A stretch of 64,000 nt of DNA from Callorhinchus milii (taxonomy: Eukaryota). Both the position numbers and the translations under genes were made by a program. The stretch is from NCBI RefSeq assembly GCF_018977255.1, contig NW_024704742.1, positions 62,560,001 to 62,624,000 of the forward strand. The letters are read 5' to 3'. Below the pieces are notes generated by a model. The model was not told where the DNA came from. It saw only the letters and a list, made by a program, of their open reading frames with translations, and made no database searches. This document shows, one piece after another, positions 36,869 through 50,190 of this stretch. Numbering within the stretch: the first letter of the stretch is position 1; each line of letters begins with the position of its first letter.

Positions 36869-38959
36869 AGGTGAAATTGTTTACCATTTTTTAAGAAAAT
36901 GTTGCCTACTTACTCCACTCTATTAATAAAAAGCAATGGAATGTCCTTCGTGGAACAAGGGAAACCTGGGTGCCTCCGGTGATAAAGTGCTCAGGGCTGT
37001 TTTTCTGCTTCTCAGTAAATTTATTGACGTTGGCAGAGAGGACATATCATTCTCCACTTTTTGGTAAATTTACAGGCCTTCTAATGGGAAGTTCACATTA
37101 TAAGTGCACACCCCAAAGACCCATAGATTCACTGACAAGCAGAGATTAATACGAGCTTGCTGTCACAGTCATTAAATTTACCAACAAGCGGAGAACTTAT
37201 CCATTAGCATGTAATTTCCTGCACCTTTTGAAAAGTATTCATTCATATTCTACTTCACTGTACAAGTCTCAGGGTACAATATGTTTGGCAAAGTAGTTAA
37301 AGATTAGCAGTGGAACGAGATTCCACTGAGCCTTAGTTTGTAAGATAATTTTTTGTAAGAACCATTTTGTCTTAAACATTTAAGATTCCGTTGAATTGTG
37401 AAAAAATCTTTGATTGCATCTTAATTTGGAAGCCAGTTTGCAACAGTTTTTCATTTCCAATTTCCAACTGGTTTCAAACAGTTCTGATTTCAAAACTGAA
37501 ACAAATTTAAGAATTTTGACAAGCGTTAGGCTTAAAACCTAAAGGAAATTCTTTAGATTGTTTGAACCAATCAAATGAAAAATGTCATTGATTAATTGTC
37601 ACAGATGATAATTCATCACATCATCAGACTTTCTGTTTCTGATGATGAACCGATTCAATAAGTGGTGGCAGATGAAGACCATTACCACCATCCCATCCCA
37701 AACGACTTTACAAAAATGGTTAGGTCTAAAGCCACTTTCAGCAAACATTGGGTCACTCAATTACATCTTTGAACCAGCCACCCTGAGAGTCCCAATCTCA
37801 ATGTTCGAAGAAAAGCAGTTTAACTAATTTGGGACCTCCAACAGCAGAAAGTTCACCCATGGAAATTGTGACATTGAATGTTGCAATTTTCATCCTTAAT
37901 GATAAAATATGTTGAGCTGATTGTTAATTGTAAATTAAATTGATATTGCTGCTTTCTCCATTTTATTAGGCTATCATAGATCACATCGAGGATTCCTAGT
38001 ATATGGAATGCTATTCGTGTTATGCTGCAATAAAAAATAGACTGGATTACAGAAGAATTCCAAAGCTCTAAAGTAACATTAATCCTTTTTGGGTTGCACT
38101 TGACAGAAAGCATTATTGCTTGATGTGTATTAATGCTTTAACTGTATGTTCTTATACTAGTTGCATTGTGATACAAGGTTTATCCTTCATCAGCAATGAT
38201 AGACTACAAGCTGGTACTATGATTAAGTTGAAAAATTTGTCTAAAACTTTACAAAGACAACATGCAATTAAACTTACTTACCATTCACTATAAATTGTCA
38301 TCTGATATAAAAATCCTACCAAATTAACTTTCAATGCTCATCTCCAGTTCATACCACCATGCAATTAGACTCTGAAATGTAACTTTGCAGGTATAAATAT
38401 ACACAATTACGTTTGCAATTCTGACACGGCTACTATATAACAACGGATAATGGATGGTGAACCTGTCGTCACTTGTGCCTGAATTGAGAGCAGCGGTGAA
38501 AAGGTGAGGGTGTCTCAGGTTTTCTTATGTTAAGGTGTGACGTTCTTTGCTAAGGGTTGCTTTATTAAGAGCAAATCGTGAGCTCTTTTCCATTAATTCC
38601 AAACAAATCAATTTGATTCTGCAGCTCTGAAACAAAAGAGACTTTGCTCACTTCAGGAGTTTCAGGTGAAGTTGCCCATCACAACCACATTCCACTTTTG
38701 GGTTGCAACCCCCACTCCAAATAAAAGTGAAAAACATAGGAACAGGTGGAAACCATTCAGCCCCTCGAGCCTGATCCACCATTCTATAAAGTCATGGCTG
38801 ATCTGTAACTCAATTCCAATTACTTGCCCTTGCCCCACATCCCTTGATACCCTGACCTAACAACAATGTATTGACCTCAGTCTTACATAGAGTTAGTGTC
38901 TAATATTCGGTGTTTTCTTATGGGTTTCTTTAACAAGGAAATTGGAATCACGTCACTAG

Positions 38960-39900
38960 ATCATGATCATATGATTAGTTCGGCCCCATCTATTCTCATC
39001 CCTCCAGAACACCCCACAACAGCTATTTTTAAATAGTTTATTGCCCTGGCCTCAAGTACCTTTCCTGTTTCAGGTGTTAATTGCTCTCTAAGTGAATGAA
39101 AACTTCCAGGCATTTGTCCTGAATTTGTTCTTTGCATCTATAAACCTATGTCCTTTTAATCCACTGTCTTGGTGTATCCTAAAATGTTGTTCAGGTTTAC
39201 TTCTTGAATCCTATTTAAAATTTTATACACCTCTAGAAGGTCCCTTCTGAGACAACTTCTCTCAAGATTGAATAGACTTAGCTTGACTAATCTTCATTAT
39301 CAGCATCATCATAATAATAATCCTTGCATTTGGTATAGCGCCTTATCACGTCTGAAGGACATCTCAAAGCACTTCATAGGATATACTGTGATATGGAGTG
39401 AATGTGTATTTGTCGAAAAATGTGGAAGCACAATTGCGCATAGCAATGTCCCACAAACATCCATGAAACGAATGACCAATTTTATTTGGAGTATTGTTGG
39501 CCAGGATACCTGGAGAAATTCCCATCTCTTTCCGAATATTGCCATGGGTTCTTTAACGTCCACCTAAAAAACCAAACAGGACCTAGGTTTAACATCTCAT
39601 CTGAAGGATGGCATCTCGACAATGCAACGCACCCCCAGTACTGCATTGGAATGTCAGCTTAGACTATGTGATTTCAAGGCCCAATGTGGGGTTTGAACCC
39701 ACATCCTTCTGACTCAGAGGCGTGAGTGCTACCAATGAGCCAAACTGTGATCAATGCTTATAGCTCCTTCCTGTCAAACTGGGGATCACATCCTTATTGC
39801 TCTCATCTGCACTGCCTCTGGGATCTGGTCAATCTCCTTAAGTCATGATGACCAGAACTATATGCAATACTCCAGGTGCAGCCTGAGAATGATGTTATGC
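38960..39900 (-). mobile_element. Old CR1 3' fragment interrupted by a SINE at 39308-39745
   Basis: Minus strand LHLEYCI*FWSS-like motif at about 39850-39885. Similar to 25090-25330 and 49995-50190. Confidence 0.7.
39308..39745 (-). mobile_element. SINE family B, full length, nested in CR1
   Basis: Complete head (ggctcattggtagcactc, gggttcaaacc), body, core and (att)n tail. Confidence 0.88.
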
Positions 39901-42900
39901 TTACTCAGGCTCGCCAATCTATTCTCAGAACAGAACTGATGTAATGTATATAAAATGTCACAAATAGTCCCCTATTTGTTTTCCTTATAAAGGAATCCCA
40001 TTGGATACGCTATATCAGATCCCAAATGCCAGCGTAGCAAAATGAAACTACAGTTTGTGTAAAATGAAGTGCTGGAATCAAACACCTGAAAGCACTTTCA
40101 ACTCTTTAGAGGGCAGCAGCTCCCTTAAAAATATAGTTCATCATCAAAAATGATTCATGCAGTGAATCATTGAAGCAAATCCTCTTTGACCCAAGAAAAC
40201 AGCTATCTACTGATTCCTCACACTGATGCTAAATTCTGACAAGAATTAAATACCATGTCTAATATGCTTTGCATTAGCAGTCCAGTTTTATTTCACTTAC
40301 ATTGGGTCTGAAGATTATCTATATTTACTGGCTTCCTCCAAGGTATTACTGTCTCAAGGGGTCTATTTCAGGCTAGCTCAGTTCTTGGAGCAGTTGGAAA
40401 CATTGTCCTTAGAGAGCTCTGCAAAGCTAGCATGCTGACCAGCTGTCACTCTTTTTTTGTTGCAGTGTGAACTTTTAATGCATCTTGTATATTTTTATCT
40501 CCCTCTATTTTTTTAAAAAAGCCAAGAACACATCTCAAGCACTGAACACAATTAATGGCATGATGATTCCCTTACGTTACTGAACACAAATTACTAAGGA
40601 TTTGGGGAATAACAATTCCTTCCAAAAATATAATAATAATAACTTGGTCACTCAATTTATTTGTAGTCAAATGTGGCAGCCGATTTGCACACAGCAATGT
40701 CCTATAAACAGTCATAAAGTGAATGACCGATTTTATTTGGAGGATTGGACACCCAAAGAAATTCCCTTCTCTTTTTGAACTGTGCAATGGAATCTTTAAC
40801 ATCAATTTGAACAGGCAGACTGGACTCGGTTTAACATTTCATCCAAAGAATGGCATCTCCGGCAATGCATCGATATTTGTGCTTCAGAACAGTCCTTTAG
40901 CTAGCAATAACCTATTAACCCAATATGAATCCTGCCATGTTCCTTTGGTCTTCAGAGCTCCACTGTGCAACAAGCTGTTTGTCTGTTTCTCTGTAGCTTT
41001 TATATAAAATACTGTAAAATAGTGTTCCAACATCTATAAACTCCCTTCTTTTATAGAATTTAGTCTGACTAGATCTTTAGCACAGTATCGATTGGCATCA
41101 ACTCACAAACTAATAATGTAAGCAGATCTCTGAGGAAACACTGAAGTGTTGTGTAAAAATGTTGTTCCAGCAGATGTCCAAAAGTGGTTGTGACAAACAC
41201 ATCTCAGCTAATCTTTTCAATGTTTTCTCAACAATAACTTCCAAAGGGCACATATTAGATCAAGAGCTTATAAACGTATTACAATCCACCTTCAAACCTT
41301 TTGCAATCAGGCGGAAGAATAAAACCCCACGTAGCTGTTGGATTATATGTTAAAGCACCATCATTGGTGAACAATATATCTTTAAAATCTGTAGTTTATT
41401 GACATGAATGGTCCTTGATATGGAAACACTACTTTATAAGATGGACTTTGTAACTTTTAGTTGCTGTGTGAAACAAATCAGGTTACTATGTTACATTTTG
41501 TTATTGAATTTGAACTAGTAGAAAACCAGGGTTACTTTAGATTCACTATTGAAATTGCTCAGCCTAAATGGACAAAAATAATTAAATATAAAAGAGAGCG
41601 TAATAAATAGTTTTAAAAACAAATATTTTCTGGCAAAATCGGATCCGGTGTATTTTTAGTCACAAGTTTGTATTTCAGATGCACCTATACACTATACATA
41701 AAAAAAGTTATTAATTTATATCCTGCCTGCAGTTGGAAGTCATGAGATTTTAATGAGCTCTGTCACTGTGAACCTCTGCAAAGAGTCACCTTCTGTGATA
41801 GTCCTGCAGGGCAGAGAGAGACCTCCTGCTTTGGAAGAGTGTCCAGGGAAGTAACCTTTATGGCATCTGTACACCTAATAAATGTACTGGGTAACACCAT
41901 TACTTTCCTATGCTGGTTCAAACTCTTAAATGTCATGGTGAAGGAGAACTGAAAGAACAATTCTGTAAGGTTCATTTAAAACGCTCTTTAAGCACCACAG
42001 GGAGCAGGTTGTAGAGTAGGAGGTAATTATGTCAGGTTCTGGATTGTCAGGTCAGTTGAATGTAAAGTATTGTTCTGTAGACTGTGTTGACTGCTGGATA
42101 ACTTTTATATGTTTGAATCATTTCTGCGTTTTACAAAAAAAAATTAATTCACCCCTCTTTTTTATGATTCAAGATAGCAGCAATGCACATTGGTGTCCAA
42201 CTGTTACTGGAAGTCAGAATAAATTCAATGTGTTGCTAAATTCTGAAGGAATTGTGGTGAAATTGCAGCTGCAACCCTATTTATTCAGAAGCCATGTCAT
42301 TTTAGTGGTACAAGATGGATCATTAATCCAAGAGAATGTCTTATTTTAAAAACTCAATCCCTTGGATGGAGATTTTTCCCATTCAGCTCATCCTAAACAA
42401 AGTGTAGTAGTTGGAAAAGGCATCAGGTTATAACCAAAGGTTATAACGGCAAGCTGTGCAGTTTAGTTGGTCAAACTCAGCAGTATAACAACACACACTC
42501 TGGGATCCCCAAGCCTTGGCTCCTGCCAGCCTGGACTTATTTTACTTTCCAGGATGTTTTTTTTGGTCAGCCGGGTGTCTGGCACATGTCAAAACCAATC
42601 ACCATGCTTAAGAGCATCCAAACCAAACTAAGAGTTCCCTGCAACCCATCTACACTTGGAAATACTGGAGAAATAGGTATGTCATAAGAATCACAGAAAT
42701 TTACACCACAGAGGAGGCCTTTCAGCTCATCAAATCTGCACCTGCTCTCATATTAGTAAGATATTTGTTCAATCCTACTGCACTGCGTTCTCCCAATATT
42801 CCTTCAAAACATTGCCAGGAAAACATTGTACACTCCATTCTGGATAAATGGAAACCATAAATACGTGTGGTTAGGTGTTTCTGTGCTTATCATCTAACCA

Positions 42901-43692
42901 AAATAAATTGACCTGAAGGAGTCTATAAAGGAACACTGGTGCAAATAGAGCAATCTAACCTCAAATTGTAAAGAATAAAATTGATAAAATGGTCCCCATT
43001 GAGCACACAACACTATTACTATTGTAGTGACCCTCGCCCTAAAGGCACAGTATTTAGTATTCCTATAGGTTCCAGGAGAATGAAAAGAACACTATACTTT
43101 CAGCCCTCCAGAGGTCCGGATTGAAGATTGATGCGATAAAAACATTATAAGTAAAGAGTTACGAGGTCCAAGAAAAATAGATGCGGGCAGACTCGATTCA
43201 ATTCCCATACTACAGCATAACAATAGTCAGTTTGATGTGCTGAAAAATGTCTATTCCTACTGGCAGCTCATAAGATGGACCTGTGTGGGAAATAGGAGAT
43301 TAATAATGAGGTAAGATTGATGTGTTACTTAAAGCACATTGTTGGTGCACTGTAGATAGAATGTGGTCCACATCTAAATTCTCTGACATAGGACCACTTG
43401 ACGAATGGACTAATCCTATCAGATGGCAAATTGTAATTCAACCAGTTAAGTGTTTGGACCTTTGCCCAAAAGGCTTCAGCTTGATGTCCAGTGTTTCCTG
43501 CTGCTTATAGTCATTTGCTTCATTTGGAGAGGTTTTGTCAGGTTTTATCTGGGCAATTTGATGGAGTGCAACCAAGAAGATATGGGTTCCATCAGGAAGG
43601 AAAAACTCGTATCTTCAGATCACATCACTTAACCCCACTGCTGCTTCTGGCCAGACCATAACATTCAGAACATAATTGTGTAAGAACATATA

Positions 43693-44245
43693 TAATAATA
43701 ATGGTCCTGCCATTTGGAAAAGCATCTTTCCCCTCAGGAGGATGTCCTGCATTTCATAAGATTTAATGTACAGCAGAATAACTGTGTTTTATAAGTGAAC
43801 GCAGCAACTGATTTGTACATAGCAATGTCCCACAAACAGCCATGAAGTGAGTGACCAATTTTATTTGTGGGATTGCTGGCCAAAACATGAAGAGAAATGA
43901 CCTTCTGTTTTCAAGTAGTACCCTGGGTTCTTTAATGTTCACCTGAACAGGCAGACCGGACTTCAGTTTAGCATCTCATTGAAAGGATGACACCTTTAAC
44001 ATTGCAGTGCTCCCCCAGCACTGTATTGGAGTGTCAGCTTCATATAAGTTTCAAGTCCTAATGTAAATCTGGAACCCACAACAATCCCACTCAGAGGTAA
44101 GAGTCCACTCCCTCAACCAACTGATCCCAACCCCCAGCTCGGATCCAAATCCCTGACTGTCCAGGGCCTTGGAACATCCTCCCAATGTGAAAGGCACTAT
44201 ATGAATGTAATTTGTTGTTGTTATTTTACCAAGCCAGCCTGACAC
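43693..44245 (-). mobile_element. SINE family B with a plus-strand L2 3' end (about 44125-44225) inserted in its head
   Basis: The SINE head is split by cccaacccccagctcgg...tttgttgttg. Confidence 0.8.
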
Positions 44246-44246
44246 A

Positions 44247-44731
44247 TATTAGCCTACACAATAAATATAAGTTTAAACTCACTGTTGAACTGTCCAGGAT
44301 TCCTTTTTATTGTAGTAAGCAATGTAAACGAAACAGGCTCTTCCCCAAAAATTTTAAATTATAGCCTCAAACAAAAACAATTAGCACTTATGTCACAGCT
44401 TTCACATAGGAGAATGTCTTGAAGCTCTGTATATAGATGGTGCGGGAAGATGGGGTCAGATAAGTAGTGGGTAAAGATTCAACATTGTTGCAGGGTACAA
44501 TAAAAGGTCAAATTTTGACAGCGTCAAAATATAAATGAAATATCTGGAATGCATTATTTTCAACAGGATTTTCAAAACGATTATTAACTATCGCAGTGCT
44601 TTTTGCAATTAAAGGACTTAGACTGTGAGTTGCCATTAGTTCTTTGAATTATTGCTGGCTTTGCTTAATAAAAAGGAATCCTGGACAGTTCAACAGTGAG
44701 TTTAAACTTATATTTATTGTGTAGGCTAATA
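44247..44731. repeat. Perfect 65-bp inverted repeat with a 355-bp spacer
   Basis: 44247-44311 is the exact reverse complement of 44667-44731. Confidence 0.95.
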
Positions 44732-47057
44732 GGCTTTGGAAAGTGAGCTGTGAAAATGCACCTTCAATACTTTGCCATCATTCGATTGAAAAAACAGATC
44801 GATTTATTCATCCTTTCATTCTTAATGAGCTGAGCATATTAATGAATATGAATACCTATATTTTATTATCGCTCGGATCATTATGAAGGTTAACATTATG
44901 AAGATTAACTGCACAGTTAATCAATCTATCATTAACTAGCTTCAGTTCAAGTAATTGCCCCTCTCACCCTAATTATAAAGTGCAAAGCCTCCTTTTTTCT
45001 TCCGCACGTTACTGCACTACTCATGCAGCCTAGCTCCCCATGAAGGATTTTAAATCATTAGCATGGAGTCAGTTAGTTGACTTGGACCATTTATTTGTAG
45101 TTCTCTCAGTCAGTCCATGCATTTTAAATCTTGAGATAAATAAAAAAAATTGCACTAATCAGTGGTCTAAGTGGAGAGCCTAATGAACTTGTGCTGCAGC
45201 TTTTAATTGTTTAGTGTTGGGCAGCACGTTTTGATGGCTCCCTAAGGTAGTGATGCAGGACTTTATAGAACAGCGTATTACACCATTAAGTTGGGAGGAC
45301 GGAAGGGATGCAATTCACCCAAAGTCAGTCATGAATTGCAAAAATTTCCATCCAAGTAAGACGCTGCGCTGACTAAGGGGTAAAAGACCCCCAGGTCTAG
45401 ATTTACTCTAGGTAACATTACTCTAGGTAGCCAATTGCACACAGCAGTGTCTGACAAACAGTCGCAGATTTAGTGACCAAATTATTATTTTTAAAAAAAT
45501 CTTTAAAATATGCTTGTACAATCTGTATTAACACATTTGAGTGTGTGTGTGTGCTCTAATATCTCACTTTGTCACGATTATGTTTTAAAAATAAACATTT
45601 CATATCTTTCTGTTTGGTTCTTTCTTCTGGGTTGTATGCATTTAATTGAGAGGGGCAATATGTTTAAGGTGGCATAAATATTAGGGTCAGTTAAAAATAA
45701 CCCCCTTTTTCTGTATCAATTCTCAAGAAGCCCCACAATATATAATCATGTATAAATAATGTGTGCATGCTTATTTCAACAAACAGATTTGCTTTCATGG
45801 TTTATGATTTCAAAAGTGCTTTTGACTACATTATTACATTTCCATGATAATGGATCCTCAACGCACTGTTTTCCAGTGATCTGCACTCACATATTAAATG
45901 TGCCCAAAGGGGCGAACCATCAAAATCAATACACTGGAAGACATGACAATGACCAGATAGCAAAGATGATGAAAGTGCCACCTATTCATAGCAATTTACA
46001 AACAGCAGACCGAGAATCTGGCTGAAGAATATACGTCAACTAATGCCCTCTGCAAATGAGAACTTTCCTTTGTCTCATATGAAATTTTACTGCTTTATCT
46101 CCAGGTCAAAATCAGATCGTGCAAATCCCTTTGCTGCAACATTAATTACCTGGAAAACTGGGAATAGAATCTATTGACTATCTAGTGCACTTAATATACT
46201 GCTTAATGCATATCATAGAATGAGGGATATTGGAATTTTTAGGTTAATTTCAGTGAAACGCTTTAATAACACTGACTTTCCTATAATTACTCCACGTTCG
46301 GTTACGTTGCTGAGATGTCTTTCACTTGTGACATTTGGGGGTGAAATTCAGGTCTGCGTTAAGTGTAGCTTCTAACGGGATTTCCCCCATTTCAATCGGG
46401 CATTGTCAAAGGCGCCACTCTTAATGCTGATCAGTTTCAACCTACCTCAATTAGAGGCAATATCTACTGTTCTCTGAGAATATAAATGAGCCAGAAGACT
46501 TTAATGCCAGGGATCCCTTACTTTGTTTAATGATGCCTTCTCAGCCCCAAAAATTTTTAATGCAATCCGTTTCCACTTACGCAAAAAAATCAAAGAAATA
46601 TATTTATCACCTACCTTTGTGAATCCATCCCAGCTAGTAATGTGGGGTCCAGATTCAACCAGGAACAAAACTTATTCATCAAGATTCATTCAAGAGCAAG
46701 CTTAACTTTCACAGTGTATGAGTGAGCATACTATCAATATGAAAAAGGTATCATTAGATAGTGCCATTAATTAATCATCAGAGGCCTGAAAGTTTGCTTA
46801 GTTATCGCCTTAAGACTTCAGTGCCTTGGGACGTCCTCCCAACGTGAAAGGCGCTCTATAAATGTAATTTTGTTGTTGTTGTATCAAAATTTACGATTGT
46901 GTGGAATTTTGGCAAGTTCAGCCTTAGCTTGGAAGCCAGTTTTCTGCAGTTTTTTCTAAGACAATGCTCTAAGGCTACGACCATGTGGTTAATTTTGCAG
47001 ATGTTGGTTTTGCATTTCATTGAATCCTCGCTCTGCTGAAACCGGGATGGTCTAAAT

Positions 47058-47392
47058 CAAGGTGGTCCAACTGGCGGCCTGCATATCGCATCCAGTCCGG
47101 AGGATGATTTGATCTGGCCAGTGAACACGGTGGCACTGTGGGTCCAGAGCCGAGGCTGGGTCTGACTCAGTGGGAAAAATTGCGCAGAAGTAGCAGAACC
47201 TGTCAATCACTTTCAAACTGGTAACAAGAGAGAGAACACACATAGACGGAGAGAGAGAGAGAGAGAGAGATACACACAGACACAGAGAGATATACGCAGA
47301 GAGCAAGAGATAGAGGGATACACTAAGACATAGAGAAAGAGAGAGAAAAATACAGACACGCACAGATAGAAAGAGATACAGAGACCACCCTG
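47058..47392. mobile_element. Non-autonomous hAT (Charlie-like) DNA transposon, 335 bp
   Basis: TIRs caaggtggtc and gaccaccctg (9/10 match). 8-bp TSD gtctaaat (47050-47057) and atctaaat (47393-47400), resembling the NTCTAGAN target of Charlie elements. Subterminal cggcctgc..cgcatccagtccg motif and an internal GA-rich tract. Confidence 0.8.
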
Positions 47393-49536
47393 ATCTAAAT
47401 TATAAAGTGCACCTAAAAGTCAAATCTTCAGAATGGAGTTTCCTTTTGTTAAAGATAGTAGCAAAATAATCACTGTTATATTTAAGTGCTCCGAGACACT
47501 ACCCCATGTGAAGGGTGCTATATAAATGCAAGTTGTCGTTGTTATACAGCAATCAGAGTAGAATAAGTCCCAGTGTCGCTTTCATGCCTTCCCTCATCCC
47601 CCAAACTGTGGAACTCCTTATTGCTCACAGTTCCCTTTTCCTCATACAAGATACTAGCTTTTTGACGCATGTATTCCATTTGATACATTATGCCTGAATC
47701 TTGAAGTGAGCAATTTATCTTGTTTTGTCTGATGTTCTTGAACCTCGTTGCTGTGCTTTACTATGGGCTTTGGGTTCCTTTTTCTAGGTATGCGAGATTA
47801 ACGACACAATACTTCTGAATAAATACAATACACAAAGGCTTAATCCCACTGTATGTTTCCCTTAAAGTGAAGTGTCAAAACATTTGGCATATCTGCATCC
47901 GTTCCGAAACAAGTGAAGCAAGTCCCAATTGACCACCAATGCAAATACATCTGAAATGACACCTCATGATGGTACTAAAACAAACAACATTTTGTGTACT
48001 GTGCTAACACATTAGCACTGATAGCACAATACACAAGTAAGCCATAAATTAAGTGAGATTCAGTAACCATCTCTTATAGGCTAACCTCAATTGCCATGAG
48101 TAACTTAGACAAATTAATTTTCTCTCTATACATTCAGTTCTATTTAAATGGGAAGCAAAGTCTCCCACTGGCTATCGTTAGATCTGATATGGTTATAAAA
48201 AGATGTTGGGATGAAAATTGCAACCTGTAATTTACTATTATTAAAAAATTATCTTTGCATTTGATATTGCACCTATAATATTAAGAATGTTGCAAAGCAC
48301 TTCATAATCTTTCAGTAAAGTGTAGCAACTATGTATTTCCACATTGTTGATGCTTTTATTTATCAACTGGTTGGTGGGTGTGACCTCCACCTAATTCTGT
48401 CACAATGGTTGGGTCTAATGATGGTCAGTTATGAACATGGACTGACTGGGATGGAATGTCGGGCAGCAAAATACCAGATCAGTTCCAACCAAAAATAATG
48501 AAGGGTAAATCCGGTTTGAGCTCATCTGGCCAAGTGCATGATGGGTTCCAATTCAGGCCCAAATCACTGTGACCGTATTTATGGGGGGGTAGGTGGGTAA
48601 ACAATAGTGATATTCTTGTGAATCAGTCAATGTCATTTGGTTATCATTACACTTCATTTTTACAGCGATTATTAACAACAGCGTACCGCTATATAGCTCC
48701 CTTCATGTGTGGCAGCATTCTCCGAGTGCTGTTAACACGTCACAGGTCATAATTTTGAGCCATTTATATTTATCGGCCAAAATGCTCTCATAATGAAGAT
48801 CTCTGCAAAATATTCAATCTTATTATAATATATATATCTATATATATTTATATTACACCTTTTAGGGATATTAATCTTGGGTTGGCTGAGTTGGAAGGAT
48901 TCTTGCCTCTAGGACAGAACATTGTGGGTTCAGGCCCATGTCCCATTTTGAGCTCAGTCTTTAGGCTGACACTTCACTGTAGGTATTGGGGATTCAGAAT
49001 TGTTGGAGATGCATTTCAGATGAATGTTAAACAAATATCCTGCCTGCTTTTTGAGGTGGGCGCTAAATGCCTGCCATATTTGCTGAAACTTCACTTATCA
49101 CTACACTTGACAGTAATTGTTTGTAGAGAGCTTTGAGATGTTACAATCTGATAAAGTGCTATAAAATGCTTCCTTTATTATGTCCAGTATTTTGCTCTGC
49201 AGAGCTACTCAAGAGAGAAAACTTGTAAGGAAATGTCTGCAAAAAGGTTCCCTTACCCCCCCCACTCTTGCTCTGCAAAGCACTTTGACATGAAAGGCAC
49301 TATAACAAAAGCAAGGATTATTATTATTATTTTTATTATTATTACTGAAGCTGTGTGTCTGCTTTTCTTCCCAGAGTGCCTGAAGAAAGTATAATATGTT
49401 CAATGGGACAAAAATGTAAACCTAATACAATACTTTTAGAAGTGACATGAAAATAGGACGAAAGGTCACCAGGATCAGGGTTGTGAAGCGCAAGTTTAGG
49501 GCACACAGAAATACTTTATTTGACTTGGATGATAAT

Positions 49537-49945
49537 CAACACAACAACAACAAGATTCCATTTATAGCACCCCTTTCACGTCGGGGGGACCTCCCAAGGC
49601 GCTGTACAGTTGGGTCAGGACCCGAGTAGGGGGGAAATGGTCATGGTGCGGGGAGGGAAGGGGTAGAGAGTTGAGAGGGGAGCTGAAGGCACGGTCAAAG
49701 AGAAAGGTCTTGAGACCGGCCTTGAAGGAGGAAAGGGAGGAGGCAAGGCAAAGGCACTGGGGGATGGAGTTCCAGAGCCTCGGGGCCCGGCCACCGATGG
49801 TAGGGCGGTTGGGGCAGGAGATGTGGAGCAGACCGGAGCCAGAGGAATGGAGGGTACGGGCAGGTAGGAAGGGGGATAGTAGATCGGAGAGGTAGGAGGG
49901 AGCAAGGCCGTGAATGGCCTTGTAGGTGAGGATGAGGACCTTGAT
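49537..49945 (-). mobile_element. L2 3' fragment, same subfamily as 33520-34042
   Basis: KVLILTYKAIHGLAPSYLSDLL...SSFKAGLKTFLFDRAF, with the same 3' UTR and tail. Confidence 0.92.
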
Positions 49946-50190
49946 CACATCACCAAGAGGTCGATTTCTCTATCTGGGTGTGAAGGCCAATTTCATTTGT
50001 ATAAAATATTTAAATATCTTTGCAACTCTAAACCTATATCCTCTTGTTCTACTGTCTTGGTGCATCCTAAAATATTGATCCGGATTTACTTTTTCAATCA
50101 GATTTAAAAATGTTTTGCGTTTACAAGGTTTACCTTACTAAGATGTCTTCTCTCAAAACTTTCAAAGTTTGTCTAATCATTGCTCATAGC

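Noticed and set aside
45402..45430. Short tandem duplications (ttactctaggta x2; also near 478, 23520 and 52795)
   Set aside because: Ordinary slippage-scale duplications with no further structure.
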